Assembly: GCF_025526975.1 (NCBI RefSeq)
Contig: NW_026515694.1
Span: 1-64,000 of the forward strand
DNA from: Fimicolochytrium jonesii
Taxonomy: Eukaryota
Length of the DNA: 64,000 bases
Direction: 5' to 3'
Part shown: positions 1 to 11,458 of the stretch, in pieces
Position numbering within the stretch: position 1 is the stretch's first letter
Layout of the letters: every line of letters starts with the position of its first letter
Program-made: the position numbers and the translations under genes
Notes under the pieces: model-generated
The model's database searches: none
What the model was told of the DNA's origin: nothing
The model's input: only the letters and a program-made list of their open reading frames with translations

Positions 1-401
1 CCGCACGGATTGCCAATCCGAGAGTCTTCAATTAGAGAATATGATATGGGGCCAACTTTTCAATTAGGACGCCAACTACGGATCGGCACTATAAGAATCC
101 CAATTTGCACAAGTCCTATAACGTATATATAGCATATATGTCCCCTTTATATCAACCCCCCCCCCCTAGTGGCACCCCTGCCGCCCCCCGTACCCGCACC
201 ACCGCCCATATGACCCATCACTTGCCCTTGCACACCTAGTCCTCCCCGACTTGCCTAGGTGCGCAACACCCCTCGCCACTACATCCCTCAGAGTCAAAAA
301 TTCGAACTGTAGAACACACCCAAAAGCCAAAAAACTCGAAAATTTCTAAGTCCCTAGGGTTCCAGGCAACCCAATAATAAAACCCAACCCAGGGGGTCTT
401 G

Positions 402-519
402 TAACCCTAACCCTAACCCTAACCCTAACCCTAACCCTAACCCTAACCCTAACCCTAACCCTAACCCTAACCCTAACCCTAACCCTAACCCTAACCCTAA
501 CCCTAACCCTAACCCTAAC
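402..519 (+). repeat. Interstitial telomeric tract (TAACCC)n, about 19 units
   Basis: Perfect CCCTAA array; C-rich strand on + fits a left chromosome end. Confidence 0.98.
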
Positions 520-1069
520 GGATGACATAGGGCATGCAAATGGACATGCACTGCATGCTTTTTCCATGATTTGCTGGTTGACAAACACCCTGTCATATCC
601 ATGTATTGCAATGCAAAAAGGCATTTGCCATCCTCCACCAACAGGAGGAGCAATGGAAGAAAAGAAAGTATTTGGGCCTTAAAAGGATTTAAACATGGAG
701 CAAATTGAGAGCAAACCAAAATGAGTCATTCGCCGCCAACTAGAGAACACCCCCATATTGCCTGGAAACAAAAAGTACCAGGAGTTGATGAATACTAGAG
801 TAGATGAAGGTTCCTAGATGTTTTTGGGGATGTTTTCCGAGACATATTCCACTTTAAGCGAAATCCATCCACTCAGAGTTTCAGAAAATGCATTTTGGCA
901 ATATTTTCATAGTAAAAAATCGGAAAAACAGATTTTCCCGGGGCATTGAGTGGAAAACATGCCCCAAAATTTGAAGCACATTACAGTAAGATGCCCCTGA
1001 ACATTGCTAGCAACTTTGTTTGACACTTTTTGGATGGCCAAAAATAACCCATAACCGGGAACAGTCCTG

Positions 1070-1340
1070 TAACCCTAACCCTAACCCTAACCCTAACCCT
1101 AACCCTAACCCTAACCCTAACCCTAACCCTAACCCTAACCCTAACCCTAACCCTAACCCTAACCCTAACCCTAACCCTAACCCTAACCCTAACCCTAACC
1201 CTAACCCTAACCCTAACCCTACCCTAACCCTAACCCTAACCCTAACCCTAACCCCTAACCCTAACCCTAACCCTAACCCTAACCCTAACCCTAACCCTAA
1301 CCCTAACCCTAACCCTAACCCTAGGGTTAACCCTAACCCT
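1070..1340 (+). repeat. Interstitial telomeric tract (TAACCC)n, about 45 units, with variants and an inverted TAGGGTTA near its end
   Basis: CCCTAA array with variants near 1220 and 1250 and taaccctagggtta at ~1316-1329. Confidence 0.98.
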
Positions 1341-1485
1341 AAAAAGGATTAGTGGAAAAAAAAAGTCAGGAAAAAAACAAGGATTAGTGAAAAAAAAAAG
1401 TCGAGAAAAAAAAGGATTAGTGAAAAAAAAAAAAGGAAGAAAAAAAAAGTTAGGAAAAAAAAAGGGGAGGGTTGCAGAAAAAAAC
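1341..1485 (+). repeat. A-rich degenerate repeat (aaggattagtg + oligo-A, three copies)
   Basis: ggattagtg occurs three times, separated by A runs, directly after the telomeric tract. Confidence 0.85.
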
Positions 1486-1637
1486 TGAAGAACAGCTCCA
1501 GGTTGCCTTTGGCCAGACTTTTATAAAAGGAGAGGGCTGTTCAGATTCCCTCCCTCCAAAAGCACGCACCACCACCACGTTTCAGCACCTACGCCAATAC
1601 CAACACCAATACCATCACCAACACCAGGGCCAACACC

Positions 1638-3207
1638 ATGCCTTTCACCGCATTCACCAACAACACCCTTTCGCCGTCAAGCCTTACCTCATCCTTGTCG
1701 AACACCAGCCTTGAGGTCGAAATCTCCCAGACCTCATCCAGCATCGGCAGTTTGGATGTGGAGTTGTCCATTTCTGGTTCAAACGGCTCCAACTTTCATC
1801 ATCATAGTGATGAGGGGCGTGAGGATATCAAGTTGCCAACTTCTCGCTCAAGCTCTTCAGATGAGGAACACCATCACTCTCCTGCCCCTCAGGATGAGCA
1901 GTTTGGGGTCTTTCGCAGTACTGGCTACTTTGATGTGGACTGGATGGCCTTTACGCTCCCTACCACAAAGCTGACCACCCTCTTTGGTGCCTTCACCTTG
2001 GTTGAACTGTTTGGAGTGATGCAGCATATCAAGGACAGTGAAGCTTTCGCCGGTTGGATGCGGATCGCTAGCAGACCTTGTATCATTAGCATTCCATTCA
2101 ATCCAGAGTCAAAGGCAAGGATTCTTGAGTTACTTCACAATGAACATTCGATCATCGTGAGGGAAAGCACGGATCACTCACGATTGATTGCTGGGCGGCA
2201 AAATCTGTTGATGTCTGGATTCCAGGACATCATTGGTGCTGTGTCACCCTCTGTACGCATTGTGCAGTATGGAATGAAGCAACGCATTCGGACTTTGCCA
2301 GCTTATTCCTTTGATCAGGAAGTGAGCAACCATCCCAATGCTGCACTGAACACATGGGACATTGGTCAGACGTTGAACACTCATGGGGTCATTCCTTTGG
2401 TTCGCTACAATGGACGTGGAGTTGGCGCCACCTTTCCCATGCTCACCATCCTTGGTGAGGGATTTGGGTCCACCCGCTTTGACATTGCGGGTCACGCCAA
2501 TGTTCGGGTTACTTGCTACCCAAAGCTTGTTCATGCGCTCAAAGCCTACTCTTCGACTTTGTCTTCGCGAATGCCCCAAACCAAGTCCAGCCTTGGTGAT
2601 CGCAGTGAGACACTGAGAGGTTTACGTCAATGGCTCAACAGTCACCCGCTCCACATTACTGGCATGCGAGTTGAAGTGCGAGTTCAGTGCGCCAGGTTGG
2701 AATCAGCGGAACAGATGGTTTTGAATCTCCATTTGGACCAGATCGAGACCATTTTCCAGCACATGGGCGCAAACTCCTTGAAGCTTGTGCCGGTGGAAGA
2801 GTACTACAGTCTCATCAATGGCATCATGGACGCTGCCACCAGAGTTCTATTCAGAGGAGATCGCAATAGACAGACTACTGTGACAGACTGTCAGCGCTTC
2901 CGAGATGTTCTCAACTTCTTTTGGTTTCAATCCCGGATGGTTCAAAGGCATTGCACCCGTCATTGATCCTGCTCGTGCTTGGTGGGGTCATGGGGATGGG
3001 GAAGTGCCTGATGCTGCTCCCATTGGCAATATCCGTGAACTCTTCCATCAGCATCGTGATCAGCTTCAATGTCCCAACTGTGGAGGCTCAGCTTTTCATA
3101 GCATTGGCGGTCAGCATCGTTTCCGTCTCCGCTGCGCCAGGTACCCTGAGTGCCGTACGACTTTTGGACAGAACCAAGTCCGTGACATGCTTGCGGAAGT
3201 CCTTTAG
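1638..3207 (+). CDS. Unknown intronless protein (~520 aa if joined) with C-terminal Cys4 Zn ribbon; single frameshift near 2920
   Basis: 442-aa ORF 1638-2966 overlaps ORF 2905-3207; removing one T from the T-run at ~2919 joins DVLNFF to GFNPGWFKG. C-terminus CPNCGG...CARYPEC. TATAAAA at ~1522 and AATAAA at ~3283. Confidence 0.7.
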
Positions 3208-4244
3208 TACTGTTGAATGTCGTTGATAACTTTACACCAAAACCCTTTTCTGAATGTGCGCTTTTCCAATGTACTCTAAATCAATAAATGCAATACTACT
3301 TTCCACCATTTTAAATGTTCCATGACAGAGACAGTTTGGCTGAATTTAATAAGTGATCTGGGAAATCTCTAACCCCAACCCTCTCACTCTGCGTACCCTG
3401 CAAGCAAGCCCAGGTCACGTGCTCTAACCTGCATGGACAAACTGTAGAACACTGCTTTAACCGGAAAATGTTCAACAGTTTTGGTAAATACATTCCGCAA
3501 GGGTCCTACAAACAGTCTACGATGCACAGCGGAATCACAAAATAGTTTACTGGAGAACACAGCCAAACCCCTTTGCCTGCACATACGTACTCGTGTCTTT
3601 TGTTAGGAGGATCTTGGGGGTCACTACTTGAGAATTGAAAAGGGGCCCTGTTCTTCAGCCAAAAGCAAGGTTACACAAGATTTGCTACCACATCAGCTAT
3701 GCAAACCATAGGCTACAATCAACTTTCATTAAGTGCCCTACACTGGATAGTCAGCCAGATGTTGAGATATCACCACATTTTCCAACTTTTTACCCCCCGT
3801 CGCGTGAAAATTTCGTTTTTCTAAGTTTCTGAAGCCGTTTCCGCACGGATTGCCAATCCGAGAGTACTTCAATTAGAGAATATGATATGGGGCCAACTTT
3901 TCAATTAGGACGCCAACTCCGGATCGGCACTATAAGAATCCCAATTTGCACAAGTCCTATAACGTATATATAACATATATGTCCCCTTTATATCAACCCC
4001 CCCCCCCCTATTGGCACCCCTGCTGCCGCCCCGTACCCGCACCACCGCCCATATGACCCATCACTTGCCCTTGCACACCTAGTCCTCCCCGACTTGCTTA
4101 GGTGCCCAACACCCCCCGCAACTACATCCCTCAGAGTCAAAAATTCGAACTGTAGAACACACCCAAAAGCCAGAAAACCCGAAAATTTCTAAGTCCCTAG
4201 GGTTCCAGGCAACCCAATAATAAAACCCAACCCAGGGGGTCTTG

Positions 4245-4300
4245 TAACCCTAACCCTGTCCCAGGGGGTCTTGTAACCCTAACCCTAACCCTAACCCTAA
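4245..4300 (+). repeat. Short innermost telomeric tracts with local duplication; boundary of the subtelomeric array
   Basis: cccagggggtcttgtaaccctaaccct occurs twice (4231, 4260); unique sequence follows. Confidence 0.9.
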
Positions 4301-5175
4301 AAAGTAAGAAGCTCTTCGCAGCGGCCGCTCAACTGACAGCTTTATATATGGGCTGCCAGTGGGGCTTGCGTGGCTTCAGTGAGGCTTGGCGCCTTATGTA
4401 ATGTATCACCGGGAGCTCGGGTGGCCAGCCCGGGTCTCGGATCAAGTAGAAGTAAAGAGATATTATACGAAATACAGGTGAAGATGAGATATCCCCGACA
4501 GTCTACATAGTTTTTCGTTTTTCCATTTGCAATTTTGGGGCTGATACAGTCTTATCGCTAATCTTTTCTCGGGGTTTTCTGCAACGTTCGGCGTATACGG
4601 CCACTGGAAATTGGTTTTCTTGTTTTGCAGGTGATTTCTTCAGCGTTTTGGGCATTGTGGGAGCTTCTGGTTGGTTAATAGTCGGGTCGGGGGTGCTTTC
4701 ATGTGTGGGATCCTCTCCTACGCCTACATCTTTCGCATGTCAGTCGTATCCGAGGACAAAACGTCGTTGTGAAGCAAGGTTTCCGTAAAGGTAGTTGTAT
4801 TTGGTAATTCTCGGAGTGTCGGGAACGCAAGTGTGTCGATTTATTGTCGGAAGTTTTGACGGTATTTTGACGTTGTCATATAAAGATGATTTCATTCGCT
4901 CGTTGAAGATTCTAGACGTACAATTGGCGGCGGTATATTATCGACTTCATGCGCAGTTTGAAGCGCACTACTACAACGGTGACACTGTTAGATGGATGCC
5001 GAAAGCTTCGTGAGGCCGTTGAATGCCTGTACCTGTAGGTGCCTTGGAATTGTGTCGCTCGCAATTTCAAGATCCTGGCTGGCTGGCTGGCTGATAGCCG
5101 GCTGGGCTGGTGAGGGGGCTGATGAGGGGGCCCTGAATGAGCTGTTCTTGGCCAATCTTTTGGCCACCCACTGTA

Positions 5176-5302
5176 CAGTCACCTTGCAAAACTCTGTACA
5201 CCCCCTCTAATTGAAATCAATATTGGTTACTCACGTGAATTTGGCGTCGCGGCAGTCGCTGATTTATTTCAGGGGGGGGTACAGAGTTTTGCGAGGTGAC
5301 TG
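5176..5302. mobile_element. MITE (~127 bp), probably Tc1/mariner/pogo-derived
   Basis: ~30-bp terminal inverted repeats: cagtcaccttgcaaaactctgtacaccc versus reverse complement of ggggtacagagttttgcgaggtgactg. TA on the left flank, TC on the right. Confidence 0.8.
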
Positions 5303-5617
5303 TCCGTTCCTCGTCCAGGGCACAATGAGTGCACTTGTTGGCACTATTTGAGGCTATATATATCGAAGACTAAGACAGAAGCCTTCTTTGCCCCACGCCT
5401 CAGGGCAACCAACGTTTCCATATCCTTCTCACCCCGCCCAACACTGTCCCTCCTCCCACCGAACCCAATCTTGATTCCACATTATCCCCCTCACTCTCCT
5501 CCAGCAGCACCACCCAACAAACCCCAATAGCTTCTCAAAGAAACCAGCGACTCCACATCCGATTTCCGCAACTCGGCCTCCGACGAACCAGGCAAGCCAT
5601 TCAGCCCCCAATTCACC

Positions 5618-6654
5618 ATGAGCCGCGCATCTTCTCGTTCATCTGGAAACAGGGTACTGAACTGAACTGAACCTCTTGTCGTTTCGGCTGTCCTCTCTGA
5701 CATTGTACTGTTTCTTTACATGCAAGTCGTCTGTCTTTCCAAGACACGTCAAGGCCCGCGATGGGAATAACTGCCTGATTACCGGGGAGTCTGTGGGCAT
5801 TGATGCCGCCCATATTTTTCCTGTAGAATACGCAGGAACCGTACGTGTCGCCTTTCCATGAAGGGTAATATCAGACTGCAACTCTATAATCACTTTGCTC
5901 TCATAGGCCACCGCTGCGAAGGGGTTCGCTCTCTCCATCCAGGGGCATGACGATGTGCGGAACGGGCTGACCTTAGACAAACAATGGCATACGCTATTCG
6001 ACGCAAATATGTGGTGTCTGAGGTATGATGCGGAGGTATGTAACAAAAGGAAGAAAACTATCATACTATACAGCCTGCCCCTCTCCATACTAAATTTGAC
6101 ATACCTGCTAGGGTTGGCCGTTCGTCCACGTCCTCATACCAGATACACGATTAATGCCGTTTAACGGCCAACGACTCCGGCTAGATGCTGGCGACAGGAG
6201 TAACTGGCCGGCCCGGGACGTAGTCGAATGGCGTGCACGTATAGCCGATGCCTTCTCCTCCGCATGGACGGGTCTACCTAGACCAAGTCCAAGGTGGTGG
6301 GATGGATACGATCCATCAAGCGGTGCCGGCGGCGGCGAGGCTGAGTTCGGACAAGGTGGTGATGGGGCCAGGGATGTGGGTGCGCATGGCGGTCCGGGGT
6401 TTCGACGTAATGTGGGTTTGGGAAGAGGGAGCGGGGGTGGGGCGGGGCCGATGGAGGAAGACATTGATATCGCGGGGGAGGGGGGATATGACAACGACGA
6501 CATCGACACACCAGGAGAACACGAGGAGGCTTGTATCGACACATTGGTCGGTGGCACATTCCTGCACAAAGGTGGGGAAATCTTCGGCGCAACCATACCC
6601 AACTACTATGCCCCGCAAGGAGGCACAAGCCCAAGAGCCATCACCCGACCCTGA
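5618..6654 (+). CDS. Fungal-type HNH endonuclease domain protein (HNH_2-like), spliced
   Basis: Exons encode VKARDGNNCLITG...DAAHIFP and RNGLTLDKQWHTLFDANMW; short introns; TATA-like element at ~5355. Confidence 0.8.
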
Positions 6655-7330
6655 GATGAACTGCGTCTTAGGAGACGCGCGCAACAAGTGACCGGTCTTG
6701 AGATCGCCGACCATCTCGACGGCCTGACTGGCGGCGGCGGAAGCGAGAGCTCCAGCCATCAAGTTCTGCATCAGAGCACTCTCGACCAAAGGCGATTCCG
6801 TCATTCCCTTGGCACGGGTAATACCACCGTACACAATTTGGGCGGTCTTGGCAATGACACCGGTGGGGTTGATGTCGGTAGTACCGGAAGCTTGAATTCC
6901 AATGAAGGCGAAAATGAAAGCGAGAATAACAGCGAGGATTCCTTCACCGACGCCCACACCGAACATAGTGGATCCGACAATGACCGTCATAATGATGGAA
7001 GCGAGAAGACCACCGACCCACATCCACGCCTGGGGTTGTTCGTCGGGGCCTGCAGGGTCTTCCTCAGCGTCCTCGTCGATGGAGCGTGAGGAAGTTGAGG
7101 ATCGGCGAAGAAGCTGAAAGTAAAGACCTTTGAAGCCAGCAACCATAGTGCGCCAGTTCCAGAACCTGCAGAAAACAGTTGAGTTGTTTGATCGCGGTCT
7201 CTTGAACTCAGAGTCTCGCAGAGGAGCGAGTATCAACTTACAATTCGGTGAAGGGAGCGGCAACCATGATCATGATACCAGGCCAGAGCAACCAGTAACG
7301 AGCAGTCGCACCGGTGGGGCTGGCAGCGTC
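6530..7330 (-). pseudogene. Fragment of OPT/YSL oligopeptide transporter
   Basis: IQASGTTDINPTGVIAK and QAVEMVGDLKTGHLLRASPKTQF motifs; only an internal portion is present and it overlaps the HNH gene 3' end. Confidence 0.8.
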
Positions 7331-8145
7331 GGCCGGTTAACGTTACTCCGGCTCCGTTACTTCGAGGATGTGACCCGTAGGCCGGTTATGCAACAGACTG
7401 GCGACTGTTGATAACCGTAGGGACACTAACATAGGAGAGGTTCCGGATCTCGTGGGCCATCAACATCAACGTCTGGTAGATACCTGGTGGCATGCAACCA
7501 CATAGTGACCCGGACACTACTTTGCGGGTAACAAGTAGGGTGGAGCATTTCCTGACAACTCCTTCTTCTCCTGCACCAAGTATCTAACTAGCTCCTCCCC
7601 CTTCTTTGGCCTGATATCATCCCTTGCCCACCTAAATAAAGCAGCGCGTTGTGTGGGAGAAAGGATGGAAAAGATCTCGTGGGAAAATTGGAGGGATGAT
7701 TCTGCATATTTGCGGCGGATTGCCCTGTAGGGTATTCTATATACAGTGCTACTATAATATGATCTAGTTCATTTCGAATGGGGTGGTAAAAATATGCCGC
7801 ATCATAAACCCCGAGAGTCTTCTTCACACATCCGGCCTGCACACATTTTCTGGCGAAGCCTCAGCACCGTCCTCCAGCCTTTCGATATTTACTACAGGAG
7901 ATGCATCGGGTAGCTGCCGCCCGGACGCAGTCCATTTAGCCGGCGGCGGTTGTATAGCACTGCTCGCTAAAGGTCGCAAATTTCTCCTGCTGACGGGGCC
8001 CGCAGGAGTGGATGCGTCCCGCGCGCATGCGAGATCTTTAAACGAGAAGGAAACTCCAGGCGGGTTCGCAGCAGGCCCGTTTGGATTGAGAGCCCGGTTG
8101 ACGATAAAGTGCTGGCGGAGCTCTAAAAATCATCGGAAGGACTTG

Positions 8146-10289
8146 TCAGATACTGCCACACTCGGCTTGCGGGGAAGGCGATGCAATCGTACCTGATTCT
8201 CCATGAGAAACCAGTGCAGTCGTCATGAGGATGGAACTCATATAGATCTGGACCAAATACCGTTCTCTAGTGCCGAAGAACGCCCCAAACGCAATCGCAG
8301 ACTCCACGGCGGAGAAAGTCATTGCATAAGGCCCTCGCAGCCCCGTAAGCGTCCCTCTTGACAGGATGAAGTTGACATGCAGCAAAAGCACGCTGGTGAC
8401 GGAAGCTCCAAGCGCAGCGAGATCCCCACCTTCTGCACGATGATTGATCCACCGCCTCCACGCGTTGACCACCATCCACGCCAATCCAAGCTCCAAGCTC
8501 CCACCGAGCAAGATACAGCTGATCTGCTCCCGTTTCGGATGCTTGGGCCCAAACGCGGCCAACTGTTTGACCCCGGCCGCTAAAATGCACCCGACCGGTA
8601 CCGTCACACAGAGATGGAGGAACCATACCGTGACCGTACGCGTTAGATAATACTCCCCACAGGCCGCGATCACGCTAGAGACAGCGGTGGATAAGAAGAG
8701 AAACTGCTGTTGTCGCTGGGAAACATCTGAGCTGAACGTGATGTACTTGACTTCCCACTCGGCCGCTGGAAATCTTTGCGCGTAGAAATGCAATATGATC
8801 CGTTTGGTGCTCAACAACCCAGCTCGGACGGTCTCCTGTATCCACTTCCACCTCGTTGGAGAGTCTTCTTGTTCGTTGCTCCGCCCGTGATTGCTCCTCC
8901 CAGCCCGAAAAGTGTCCACGACAAAGATATACCTCCAACGAGAACCCTCAAAGAGGGACCCCTGAGCGCCATCTTCGAAATCTTCGTCTGGTGCCAGGTT
9001 CTTCCCACCCTCCCCTTCCTTCAAATTTTCACCATCCTCCACAATGTGAGCACCGCTTTGCTTGCGTAACATTTCCGTTCGAAGGACTGCGACTCGTTTC
9101 GCTTGCGCGGCGTTGCCAGTGCCCAGCTTCTCCAGAATTTTCCTTTGCTTGTTCTGATATAGGAGCGCAAAGTCCTCTTTCTCCTGTATTGCGCGCCTGT
9201 GGAGAAAATAATTCTTTAGCATGACGCAGAGTAGCAGTCCCTTTCCATAAAACGGACTCACCTGCGATCGTCATTCAGCAACGTAACAATCACCGTAAAA
9301 ATCAGCTGCACTGCCACCTGATACCCGCCGCCCACAAAGTCGTCTGTATGCCATGCCGCCGTCAGAAGCGTCCGTACGCCCAATATATACACCACTACCA
9401 CCACCGCCTTATGGATCCACTCGCAATTCACCGCCCGCAGAATGATCCACGTAACGGCGGCTTCCCCGGGCCCAGCCAGCGGCTTCAGCCGCGGGTTGGA
9501 TTGGTAGGCGATGAAGGGAACGTGGATGAAGTAGGTGCTAAACGTTATAAAGAGGAAGAGGGAGACGGCGCTGAGACGGGAGACCCATGGGGGTTTCAGG
9601 AGGATGGCGACGAGGAAAGCTAAGGCGCCGGTTAAGTAGTTTATCTGCATATATGAAAGTGACAAAGCAGTTAGGAATGCGTTGGGTCCTGCGCGGCCGA
9701 CGGTAGCAGTTCTTAATGGGGGCGTCTGCGGAGAAGTACTTACCACATACGGGCCATGGACGATAAAAGCTTTATCCCTCAGCGGCAGGTTCGGGTTAAA
9801 TTCCGCCGATGCTCGCTGCCAAAACACCGCTAGCATAACCCCCCCAACGGTGTAATTGACCAGGTTGCGCCGCCGCCGCTGGCTTGCTACGTGGTGCTCA
9901 TATCTGGCCCCCGTGGATTTGGAGAAGGAAAATACCGCCGTTAGATTCGCCCCACTTCTATTGAAGCCCCCCTTTGCGATTGGGAGCAGCCCACGCGGCG
10001 TACCTCCCCTCCATCTCGGCGTCCCGGAATCGAGCCGTCCATCGCGACAGGGAATATGTAGCCGTCGCCGCGTTTTCCATATCAGTACAGCAAACGCCGT
10101 TTCCCGACGGCGGTCGTTGTCCAGGGATACTCGGAACCGAAAACGCTCGTTATTCGAAATGTCCTTGAACTCTTTACGGACTTTCCCTCTAAGCCACATA
10201 TCATGCGATTGACTTTTAGGCGCACCTCCTGGCTCAGAAGCCGGATCCCAAGAATAGGCACATCTATTTGCCTTCATCCCGCAAATCAA
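8146..10289 (-). CDS. Unknown multi-pass membrane protein (two long ORFs, probably joined by an intron near 9260)
   Basis: 343-aa and 371-aa ORFs with many hydrophobic segments; GTGAGT donor on minus strand at ~9261; true start uncertain. Confidence 0.5.
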
Positions 10290-11111
10290 ACATTTGTGCT
10301 TAATCCAAGTTGGCTTTTCAGGTACCGATGCCCGGAACCCATAGTCGGGAATTCCAACCTGTTAAAATCCTGTCAAAACGTCGGTCGTTAAACCCTGATG
10401 AAAGTGCGTCCCCAACGGAAGTAAAACATACACATATGAGCCCTTTCTGTGCGCAGATAAAGCCTACTTCCGCCCCCCTTCCCTTTTTCTCTGATTCACA
10501 CTGTGTCTAGGCTTCTCTATTCAATGGGATATCATACCGAGATACCACCAATCTACGCCAAAATTGCCATTCTACATAAAAGTTTCTCTACCATAACAGT
10601 GCCAGGACCGCCACCCCGCACACCAGCTTTGCTGCCGCTGTCCCACAATCAAAAAGCACGTTTGCTTTGGCTGAGGACAAGTAACTAAGCCTTCCTGCGG
10701 TGGTATCCCCCTGGTCTACCGAGCGGGGGATACCTGATGCGGTGCAACCACTAGACAAGACTAGTGCATCCACTAGTCGGACATCCGAAAAACCGGAACG
10801 ACGGTTTTTCTGTTGTATTCTGGGATAACGGCGCAGGTATTCCGTTGTTATTATCAACTTAGAGTATCTACTCGTTCCTTCACCATGCCAGGAAGATCTA
10901 GTGGAATAGGTAACGTCCTGGTATGGCCCCCCAACGTTAGGGTTTCAGCTTAGAGTTTCAGCCACAGCTTCCTTTTTATAGTTGCCGTACCCCTTTTCTT
11001 CTCTGCAGATAGAGAGCTGGTTGTGTGTGCGCAGACCGTCCGTTCGAATGTCTATAAAACGAGTGGTGTGTGTGAAGGGGAATAAAGTAACGAGTTCCAC
11101 AACAACCCCAC

Positions 11112-11135
11112 GTCCTTTACACGCGTGTAAAGGAC
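11112..11135. repeat. Perfect 24-bp palindrome upstream of Fanzor ORF
   Basis: gtcctttacacg|cgtgtaaaggac is its own reverse complement. Confidence 0.95.
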
Positions 11136-11137
11136 AA

Positions 11138-11192
11138 TCCTCACTCTACTCTTCCTCACTCTACTCTTCCTCACTCTACTCTTCCTCACTCT
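11138..11192 (+). repeat. 15-bp tandem repeat (tcctcactctactct), about 3.5 copies
   Basis: Seen directly. Confidence 0.9.
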
Positions 11193-11458
11193 TCGCACAC
11201 CTCACGCTCTTGATTGCACCTCATCATGGCCCCCAATTACATACCAAACCTCCTTCCCAACCCCCTTCCTTCCCAACGCAATTGTGGGCAGTAAGCATCC
11301 CCGTTTTCACCTTCAACCGCTACCAGGTAACAACCGCAATTCCTCACCGCTCTCCGCAATCATTACCACAGCACTGACGCGAGTTCTTTGACACACAGCT
11401 ATCACAGCAATCAACTGCAACACCTCTCTCGACTGACTTAAGGCACAGCACAGTCATC

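Larger units (their letters stand above)
1..3840. repeat. ~3.84-kb subtelomeric repeat unit; next copy begins at 3841 and is truncated at ~4300
   Basis: 1-401 (ccgcacggattgccaatccgag...cccagggggtcttg) recurs at 3841-4244 with only scattered substitutions/indels, and both copies are followed by TAACCC repeats. Confidence 0.85.

Noticed and set aside
346..1352. ORFs encoding (VR)n, (GL)n and (NP)n
   Set aside because: These are translations of telomeric repeats, not genes.
4301..5170. Possible telomere-associated retrotransposon fragment
   Set aside because: No long ORF or RT motif was visible on either strand.
11138..11192. Short repeats near the Fanzor gene as a CRISPR array
   Set aside because: Contiguous tandem copies with no spacers, in a eukaryotic context.
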